Assembly (NCBI RefSeq): GCF_001601575.1
Contig: NZ_LOHZ01000023.1
Coordinates: 147,360 to 171,359, forward strand
Direction of reading: 5' to 3'
Source: Thermovenabulum gondwanense
GTDB lineage: Bacteria; Bacillota; Thermosediminibacteria; Thermosediminibacterales; Thermosediminibacteraceae
DNA: 24,000 nt
Part shown: positions 17,023 to 23,388 of the stretch, piece after piece
Layout of the letters: each line of letters opens with the position of its first letter
Position numbering within the stretch: the stretch's first letter is position 1
Notes under the pieces: generated by a model
What the model saw: only the letters and a program-made list of their open reading frames with translations
Database searches by the model: none
Told to the model about the DNA's origin: nothing
Translations under genes and position numbers: made by a program

Positions 17023-17393
17023 GTACTTTTACCCCTTTCTAAAAGATTACACAAATGTAATAACACAAATCTTTTTTCTGATTCGGGTAATTTTATTTCA
17101 ATTATATTTTCTATATTTTGTAAAATATCAAGTGCTCTATAATAATTAGGACAATTTTTAACTTCGTTAAAAAGTTCCTCATCTATTGTAAGCTCTAACT
17201 TTTCTCCCTCTTTTAATCTTTTTACAGACATTGCTAAATGAGTAATAAACATCTCATAGTGTTCATCCTCAGTACAAATTTTATGATTTACTATTAATTC
17301 CTTATCAATTTTTTTGATAGCTTCTCCAGTATCAAAATCGATCACACTACCTTGTACTAACAAATCTATTCTATTTACAACATTATCCTTCAC
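17019..17393 (-). CDS. yhfY: YhfY-type stand-alone PRD-domain protein
   Basis: 124 aa, GTG start. The single PRD-like helical domain has conserved His residues (EDEHYEMFITHLAMSVKR). It has no DNA-binding or RNA-binding domain. Confidence 0.75.
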   Translation of the reverse strand: MKDNVVNRIDLLVQGSVIDFDTGEAIKKIDKELIVNHKICTEDEHYEMFITHLAMSVKRLKEGEKLELTIDEELFNEVKNCPNYYRALDILQNIENIIEIKLPESEKRFVLLHLCNLLERGKST

Positions 17394-17412
17394 TTAAAAC
17401 CCTCCAAACATT

Positions 17413-17428
17413 ATACAGTATTTTGTAT
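17413..17428 (-). promoter_or_regulatory. Candidate operator 2 (ATACA-N6-TGTAT) upstream of yhfY, overlapping an extended -10-like TGTATAAT
   Basis: Minus sense: ATACAAAATACTGTAT. It shares 13 of 15 positions with the site at 18431-18446. Confidence 0.4.
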
Positions 17429-17483
17429 TGTAATATATATATCTTCTATATTTTTCAAAAAATACTAAATTAATAATTATAAA

Positions 17484-18413
17484 TCAATATTCTGGAAATA
17501 ATTTATTCAATAATACTTGTTCCTGAATCTTTACAACTTCTTCTTTATCAACAATTCTATTTATTATTTTATCAATACCCCAATTATCTCTTTTAACTAC
17601 TAAAGCAGCACGGGTATTATCTTCACTAATTTTTTTCGATTTCTTGTTTTTAAGTGGTTCACTTTTAATAGGCAGTCCTCTGTCAACTATTTCATCATAG
17701 TTCCATACAGCCGCATCTATCTTACCTTCCATTATATAAGGTATAATTTGATTATAAGGCAATTCTATAAACTCTACATCTTTACCTTCGCATTCATAGT
17801 AAGTCAATATAAATTGGTCTATTGAGGTGGGATCTATAGCAATTTTCATCCCATCCTCAATCGAATTTTTCGCAGTATTTGAAAAAATTATACGATGAGT
17901 ACTTACATTCGTATTAGGGCCAAAATCAATTATTATATTTATATTTTTTCCAGACTCAATATATAATTTTGCCGCTAACATAGACATTATTGCAAAATCA
18001 TATTTTCCATTCAATAATGCTTCTAATCTTCTTTCGCTTCCTCTCATATATGCCATATTAAAAGGTATTTTCCCTTTTTCAAACGCTTTATATAAACCTG
18101 TCGCTAATCCTTCATATCTTCTCGAATATGGAAGTGGCATTACGCCAGAAATAATATTAAGCCCCGCAAACTCCCATAATTTTTTATAATCAATATCAGT
18201 TATATAAGTCCCTAAGTGACCTCGAGGTTCCAATTGAATAGCTTTGTTATCTTCTAAATACTTTAAAGCAGTTTGGATTGTGCCACGCCCGAGATCAAAT
18301 TTTTTAGCATATTCTCCTATTGTTTCAATTCTATCTCCACATTTTAAAGAAAGCATTTCTCGTGCTAACATCATTACTGCAATCCCATTTTTGGTTAGTA
18401 GATCCCTAATCAT
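17484..18413 (-). CDS. yhfZ: YhfZ-type transcriptional regulator (N-terminal GntR-like wHTH plus periplasmic-binding-protein-like C-domain)
   Basis: 309 aa. IETIGEYAKKFDLGRGTIQTALKYLE (wHTH). MPLPYSRRYEGLATGL and DAAVWNYDE match the E. coli YhfZ blocks MPLPYTRLYEGLA and DAVIWN as I recall them. Confidence 0.85.
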   Translation of the reverse strand: MIRDLLTKNGIAVMMLAREMLSLKCGDRIETIGEYAKKFDLGRGTIQTALKYLEDNKAIQLEPRGHLGTYITDIDYKKLWEFAGLNIISGVMPLPYSRRYEGLATGLYKAFEKGKIPFNMAYMRGSERRLEALLNGKYDFAIMSMLAAKLYIESGKNINIIIDFGPNTNVSTHRIIFSNTAKNSIEDGMKIAIDPTSIDQFILTYYECEGKDVEFIELPYNQIIPYIMEGKIDAAVWNYDEIVDRGLPIKSEPLKNKKSKKISEDNTRAALVVKRDNWGIDKIINRIVDKEEVVKIQEQVLLNKLFPEY

Positions 18414-18430
18414 TTAATCACCCGGACAAT

Positions 18431-18446
18431 ATACAATTTTTTGTAC
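18431..18446 (-). promoter_or_regulatory. Candidate operator 1 (GTACA-N6-TGTAT) just downstream of the yhfZ promoter -10
   Basis: Minus sense: GTACAAAAAATTGTAT, containing the perfect palindrome TACAA-AAAA-TTGTA. It lies between the -10 (18458-18453) and the SD GGGTGA. Confidence 0.4.
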
Positions 18447-18452
18447 GTTTCA

Positions 18453-18481
18453 AATATAACATTTTTACTTACCGGTGTCAA
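18453..18481 (-). promoter_or_regulatory. Sigma-A promoter of the yhf-type operon
   Basis: Minus sense: TTGACA (18481-18476), a 17-nt spacer, then TATATT (18458-18453), about 40 nt upstream of the yhfZ-like ATG. Confidence 0.6.
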
Positions 18482-18552
18482 TATATTTTAAAAATTTTGT
18501 GTTGTATTTCTGTGATAATGTCATATTAAAATTTCTCTGTTAAAATGTCACT

Positions 18553-18740
18553 TTGACTGGTTTCCTTACCTCTATTTATGCCGATAAACATTCTATTTTC
18601 CGTTCCCCTAATGCAGGCAAACTCTCAATATATGATGAGTTAAATAGTATTAATATTAAAGATATTCAATTCGTGAGAGCTTTGAAAAGCTCGGAATCAA
18701 CCTTGATCGCGTCAAGTATTTTTAGGTTTTTTAAAAACTC
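18553..18740 (+). pseudogene. Short relic of an rve-type (ISNCY/IS481-like) transposase core
   Basis: ...LTSIYADKHSIFRSPNAGK...IQFVRALKSSESTLIAS... resembles the block ...LYtDrhsiF...TQFgRAl.eLgI.li.A of those transposases. It covers only about 60 aa and has no catalytic context. Confidence 0.35.
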
Positions 18741-18867
18741 ACCATCTTCCCATTAGATGAAGGAAAAAAATTTTTTATATGAATTGTTGTAACATAAAAT
18801 ATTTCCATATATTACCATATAATGGTTGTAATATCCCTCTTTTGTTTTACCTTCTTAGCCTTCTCTA

Positions 18868-19906
18868 TTAAATATTAATTTGCTGTAATAATGACTTTAT
18901 TGTCATACTTGTAAATGTCTTCTTGTTTAATAGAATTGGTAAATCTCGTATAGTCCCATATTTTTCATTTATCTTTTTTATCTGCTGTTTTGCCTTGTAT
19001 AGAGTAGTCCTGGGCAATTCTACAGGCTTTAAATCTTCAAATCGCTGCTTTATTATCATTTCCTTAATCGATATGCCGCTTGCTTTTACCGCCCTTAATT
19101 GCGCCATCTTATGGGCACCTATCTTACTCCACGATAATGGCCCTCTCGATAACCTTTCAGACAATACATGGCTTACATGGCTTTCTGCGCTACATCCTGT
19201 TATTTCTCCTTTGTATAAATTGTACGAATATATCCCTTCCCAATTGTTTTTTATGTAATCTATGCATTTCCTTACAAGATTTTTATCCCCTTCTCCTTCG
19301 TATTCATTGTATTTCTGGATTAATATCCCTGTTACTTTCTCTTTGTCACCTTTAAATATTTCTTTCCATAATGCCTTCTTCATTTTTTTGTCATCCTTCA
19401 AAGCAGTTGTTATATACTTTTGTAAATGATAAAGGTCTAACACATATATGGCATTGGGTAAATACTTTACCCCAAATTACTTTTTATTTCCCGGGTGCTT
19501 TTTTCATATGACATCATTGTCGATAAATCCGTTATCTCAGCTTTTAATGCCACATCTATCCTCTCATATTTTTGTATAACAGCAGCTCTATCTGCAAGAT
19601 AAGCTTTTTCCCCTGTTTTTTTATCTTCGTAATAACGCCTTTTGTATGTTACATCCCAAATTTCATCGTTATAGTCCTTTCGCAGTTCTTCTGGACTACT
19701 CTCCAATTTTCCCTCTCTTTTTTGTCTTTATATATTTTTTCATCAAGTTCTTGCAATACTATCCTGCATATTTCCTTTCCTAAATCTTTCAGTAATTTTT
19801 CAAGTTCAATCTCAAATTCAGATAAAGTATATTTCCCTGTAAGTAAACCAAAAATTTTTTCTGCACAAAGCAGGAATGTTTTGAGTATGCATAGAATTAT
19901 TTCCAT
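18868..19906 (-). pseudogene. ISLre2-family (UPF0236) transposase, broken into three frames
   Basis: ORFs 19649-19906 (MEIILCILKTF...ELGKEICRIVLQELDEKIY...WRVVQKN), 19467-19706 (...YKRRYYEDKKTGEKAYLADRA...) and 18868-19443 (...IDYIKNNWEGI...GCSAESHVSHVLSERLSRGPLSWSKIGAHKMAQLRA...). Together they are collinear with UPF0236/ISLre2 transposases, which are common in Thermoanaerobacter-type genomes, but they are frameshifted and shortened. Confidence 0.7.
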
Positions 19907-19967
19907 AAAGACCTCACCTTCCTGTTGAGTTTTTTAACTCATCCTTTGGTAGGATGGTGAGGTCTTT
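19907..19967 (-). other. SD-sequestering three-way structure at the 5' end of the ISLre2 relic
   Basis: A perfect 12-bp inverted repeat, AAAGACCTCACC (19907-19918) against GGTGAGGTCTTT (19956-19967). It encloses two small hairpins, TGAGTT-tttt-AACTCA and ATCCT-ttggt-AGGAT. The 3' arm in minus sense contains the SD AAGGTGAGG just before the ATG at 19906. Confidence 0.5.
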
Positions 19968-20182
19968 TTTCTACATTTTTTCTGCTTTTCCTCCTTTTCG
20001 ACCTAAAAATATTTTACACTATCTCTTCTCTGGAGTACGTCAATTATTTTTAGGTTTTTTTATATAATAACTGAGAATTGTTAGAATATATAAAGTGTAA
20101 AAAACCCTCCGAATGATATGCTCCCCTTGTGGTAGACAGTTAAAATAATAAAACTGTTTAACATAAGGAGGGGCATATTTTT

Positions 20183-20866
20183 ATGGGAAGAAAAAGTAAA
20201 TTTTCAACAGACGAGAAATTAAAATACGTTCTAATGTGCATAGAAGGAAAAGAATCGATTAACCATGTTGCCACTTTGATTGGGATTAATCCTAAATCTT
20301 TGAGACAATGGATTTGTAATTATCAATCCTTAGGTATTGAAGGTATAATCACTACCTCAAAGAACTCTTATTACTCTGCGGAATTAAAAGAAATGGCTGT
20401 AAAAGACTATCTTGCGGGTACTAGCTCTCAGTTAGATATATGTGTAAAATATGGGATACGTTCAAAAAGAATGCTTCATGAGTGGGTTTTGAAGTATAAT
20501 AGTCATAAGGAACTGAAAACTTCTGGAACAGGAGGAACGCCTATAATGACTAATGGTAGAAAAACCACTTATGATGAAAGAGTTGAAATAGTTAAATATT
20601 GTATTGAACATCAGAATAATTACGCTGAAACTGCTCAGAAATATCAGGTGTCTTATCAACAGGTTTATACATGGGTAAGTAAATATGAAAACGGCGGTGT
20701 TGAAGCCCTGCAGGATAGACGTGGTAAAAGAAAAAATGAAAGTGAAATGTCTGAAATGGAAAAACTGAAAGCGCAGAATAAATTGCTTGAATCAAAAAAC
20801 TACAGGCAACAAATGGAGATAGATTTCTTAAAAAAACTCGAGGAGATAGAAAGGAGGCGGTATTAA
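20183..20866 (+). CDS. IS3-family transposase OrfA (double HTH plus leucine zipper)
   Basis: 227 aa with two HTH_28/HTH_Tnp-like segments (INHVATLIGINPKSLRQW; AETAQKYQVSYQQVYTW) and a C-terminal coiled coil. SD AAGGAGGGG lies before the ATG. Confidence 0.85.
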   Translation: MGRKSKFSTDEKLKYVLMCIEGKESINHVATLIGINPKSLRQWICNYQSLGIEGIITTSKNSYYSAELKEMAVKDYLAGTSSQLDICVKYGIRSKRMLHEWVLKYNSHKELKTSGTGGTPIMTNGRKTTYDERVEIVKYCIEHQNNYAETAQKYQVSYQQVYTWVSKYENGGVEALQDRRGKRKNESEMSEMEKLKAQNKLLESKNYRQQMEIDFLKKLEEIERRRY

Positions 20867-21768
20867 GCCTGGTTAAGCATGAAGAAATATACCAGGCCAT
20901 TCAAATGTTATCCGAACATAAACACTACCCTGTTTCAGCTCTATGTAAAATCTCAGGAGTTAGCAGATCTGCTTACTACAAGTGGAGACATAGGGAAAAG
21001 AGCCAAAATGAACTTGAAAACGAGAAATTGCTTATTCTTATCAGGGAAGCATATGAGGAAAGAGATGGCATATTAGGTTACAGGCAAATAACCATCAAGC
21101 TTCGCCGTGAATACAATCTTAAAGTTAATCATAAACGAATTTATCGGCTGATGAATATAATTGGCCTAAAATCAGTATGCAGGAAAAATAGATATAACTA
21201 CATAAAATCAACTCCTGAAGTTATTGCTGAGAATATACTTAACAGGGATTTCAAGGCAGAACATATATGTGAGAAATGGCTTACAGATGTAACAGAATTT
21301 AAATATGGTGATGGACAGAAAGCATATCTGAGTGCCATCCTTGATCTTGGAGATAGAAGTATAGTATCTTACGTCGTTGGCCGTTCGAACAATAATGCGC
21401 TTGTGTTTGAGACTTTTGATTTAGCAGTTGCCAGATATCCTGATGCAAAACCTATTTTTCATAGTGATCGAGGCTTCCAATATACCAGTAAAATCTTTAA
21501 TGCAAAACTGGATAAGGCAGGGATGACACAGAGCATGTCAAGGGTAGGTTGCTGCATAGATAATGGCCCTATGGAGGGATTTTGGGGAATCCTGAAATCG
21601 GAGATGTATTACTTACATAAATTTGAACATAAATTTGAAGACTATGATAGTTTGAAGAAAGCCATTGAAGAATATATAGATTACTACAATACGAGAAGAT
21701 ACCAGAAACGCTTAAAATGCATGACGCCGATTGAATACCGCAATTATCTTTCAGGTATTGCGGCATAA
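20791..21768 (+). CDS. IS3-family transposase OrfB (rve/DDE integrase core), expressed as OrfAB fusion
   Basis: ...ALCKISGVSRSAYYKW...EKWLTDVTEFKY...IFHSDRGFQYTS...MSRVGCCIDNGPMEGFWG...YYNTRRYQKRLKCMTPIEY. The DDE context is intact. The track ORF begins at the internal ATG at 20905. Confidence 0.85.
   Translation: MKKLQATNGDRFLKKTRGDRKEAVLSLVKHEEIYQAIQMLSEHKHYPVSALCKISGVSRSAYYKWRHREKSQNELENEKLLILIREAYEERDGILGYRQITIKLRREYNLKVNHKRIYRLMNIIGLKSVCRKNRYNYIKSTPEVIAENILNRDFKAEHICEKWLTDVTEFKYGDGQKAYLSAILDLGDRSIVSYVVGRSNNNALVFETFDLAVARYPDAKPIFHSDRGFQYTSKIFNAKLDKAGMTQSMSRVGCCIDNGPMEGFWGILKSEMYYLHKFEHKFEDYDSLKKAIEEYIDYYNTRRYQKRLKCMTPIEYRNYLSGIAA
20830..20836 (+). other. Programmed -1 ribosomal frameshift heptamer A AAA AAA (OrfA to OrfAB)
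   Basis: In the OrfA frame the sequence reads TTA AAA AAA CTC. The -1 frame is open from 20791 and continues KKTRGDRKEAVLSLVKHEEIYQAIQMLSEHKHYPVSALCK... into OrfB. Confidence 0.7.
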
Positions 21769-21886
21769 ATAAAGCACCAACCATTTTTGATTGGTGCTTT
21801 GCGTAGAATTTTAATTATTTCCACTGTCTACTTGACAGGGGGCAGTTCAAAGTGGAGGGGTTTTTCCTCCCGTTTGTAGAAAGGCA

Positions 21887-23071
21887 TCAGATTAAAGAAT
21901 TACCATCTTGGATTCCCCTTTCCCCGGAAGGGACCTTCCCAATAGGAAAGTTAAAATAAACGTTGATTAAAATAAATGCCACCGTCGCAGCAATACCGCA
22001 CGCGGTAAAAGCCGTCTCTATGGAAATATCTGCAGCCTTTCCTATTATCAGGTTTACAACTGCGCATATTATATTGATGATCATAGAGTAAATCGATAAA
22101 AGGGTAGCTCTGCTATCTGTGATTATGGATTTGTTTTGTATATCCAGAAATATGGGTCGGGATAGAGCATAGCACGTTCCTATAAGAGCGATGAATAAAA
22201 CGCTAAAGGCAGGGTTTTTCGTACGGGACAGTATAAAACAAGCAGTTGAAATGACGCCGAAAAACAATTTCATAGATAAACTCTGACCCAGTTTCCCGGT
22301 GATAGTGTAAGTTTTTGCAGAAAAAACCGGCAGCAGTTGCACCCCCGCCATAATTATCCCGTAATACCTGAGGTTAATGCCGCTTTTCATATACTGAACC
22401 TGATTCAAGAAGATCGTCGTGGAATGGCTGACCTGTGTAACCAGTGCCACAGCTATGATGAACAATAACATTCTCCCATTATTAAACGCATTTTTGAGGC
22501 TGGTTAAAAGAAAAGGTTTTTTTTCGATCCTGCCCCCTGTCTCCTGAAGAAACAATGTTAATATCCATGCAAACCCATAAGGGAAAATCGTAAGCTTAGC
22601 GGCAAATTCCATTGAAACCCCGACTACAGCTGTAGAAGCCAGTGATGCAAGAAAAAATCCAAGAGTCGAAACGGCTTCGTATATCCCGAAATATCTTTCC
22701 GACTCCTTTTTTTCAATGGATGCATAAAGTAGCGCAATATCACATCCCGAAATTCCGGCTATTGATAAGGCAAGAATAATCCTCTCCAGTAAAAATAAGC
22801 TAAAGGAATCTGCCCTGTAAAAAACTATTTTTGATAGGAAGAATAAAAAGTTTGAAATAGCCAGGGTCAACTTGTAACCAAACCTGTCTGCAAACCATCC
22901 CCACGGTATTTCCAATGCAATCATTAAAATTAGAGAAACTGATTCAATGAAAAATATATCATACATCGAAAGTCCCTTAGCCTGCCTGTATAAAGTGGCT
23001 ATGGGACCGTAAAACACGAATCCCTGGAGAAATACTACAGCGCACATTAAAAAATAGTTTCTTCTATTCAT
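21887..23071 (-). CDS. MFS-type transporter
   Basis: About 394-403 aa with about 12 hydrophobic segments. An MFS loop 2-3-like motif is present (WGWFADRFGYK). I prefer the ATG at 23071 (MNRRNYF..., SD GGAGG 10 nt upstream). The ATG at 23098 is an alternative. Confidence 0.8.
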   Translation of the reverse strand: MNRRNYFLMCAVVFLQGFVFYGPIATLYRQAKGLSMYDIFFIESVSLILMIALEIPWGWFADRFGYKLTLAISNFLFFLSKIVFYRADSFSLFLLERIILALSIAGISGCDIALLYASIEKKESERYFGIYEAVSTLGFFLASLASTAVVGVSMEFAAKLTIFPYGFAWILTLFLQETGGRIEKKPFLLTSLKNAFNNGRMLLFIIAVALVTQVSHSTTIFLNQVQYMKSGINLRYYGIIMAGVQLLPVFSAKTYTITGKLGQSLSMKLFFGVISTACFILSRTKNPAFSVLFIALIGTCYALSRPIFLDIQNKSIITDSRATLLSIYSMIINIICAVVNLIIGKAADISIETAFTACGIAATVAFILINVYFNFPIGKVPSGERGIQDGNSLI

Positions 23072-23156
23072 TTGATGTACACCTCCGAGAAATTGCATGC
23101 TAAAAAGACCTCCTGCAGGAGGCCTTCAAAACCTGCTGGTTTTGGTGTACATCAAA
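23071..23156 (-). promoter_or_regulatory. Structured leader of the MFS gene: 13-bp outer stem enclosing two hairpins, one terminator-like; sequesters SD and start codon
   Basis: Perfect inverted repeat TTTGATGTACACC (23071-23083) against GGTGTACATCAAA (23144-23156). The inner hairpins in minus sense are AAAACC-AGCA-GGTTTT (23143-23128) and GGCCTCC-TGCA-GGAGGTC followed by TTTTTA (23124-23101). Confidence 0.45.
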
Positions 23157-23388
23157 TCAGCGCCATGGTACTTCCCCTTAAAAAAAAGATTTGCTATTAA
23201 TTTAATTATAAAACAAAAAATTCTTCCCTGCTATTATTTTTTTATGTTTGGTCTATGTCAAAGATTTAGTAGTTAATATAACAAATAGTGTTTTTGTGAA
23301 TTGTATTTTATTTTTAAATGACTAAGATTAATGTTTCTTAAATGCTTTTGCGATACAGAAGGAGGAGTTACCGGAAGGCATGAAAGCT

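Larger units (their letters stand above)
20096..21868 (+). mobile_element. Intact IS3-family element (IS150-like group with long OrfA), about 1.77 kb
   Basis: Imperfect IRs of about 50 bp: TGTAAAAAACCCTCCGAATGATATGCTCCCCTTGTGGTAGACAGTTAAAATAAT (left) against the reverse complement of AATTATTTCCACTGTCTACTTGACAGGGGGCAGTTCAAAGTGGAGGGGTTTTTC (right). It carries OrfA, an A7 slippery site and OrfB. The ends are approximate. Confidence 0.8.

Noticed and set aside
18923-19928. Plus-strand ORFs 18923-19258, 19080-19355 and 19572-19928
   Set aside because: They are antisense to the ISLre2 transposase relic, and their Phe/Ser/Leu-rich translations are typical of AT-rich antisense frames.
20879-21076. 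65-aa ORF overlapping the start of IS3 OrfB
   Set aside because: It is an alternative frame within the OrfB region. The OrfB frame has the DDE motifs.
6967-21868. Composite transposon formed by the two intact IS3 elements
   Set aside because: The two elements are different IS3 members with unrelated IRs and OrfA architectures, so they cannot act as a matched pair. The block is better described as an IS-rich accessory region.
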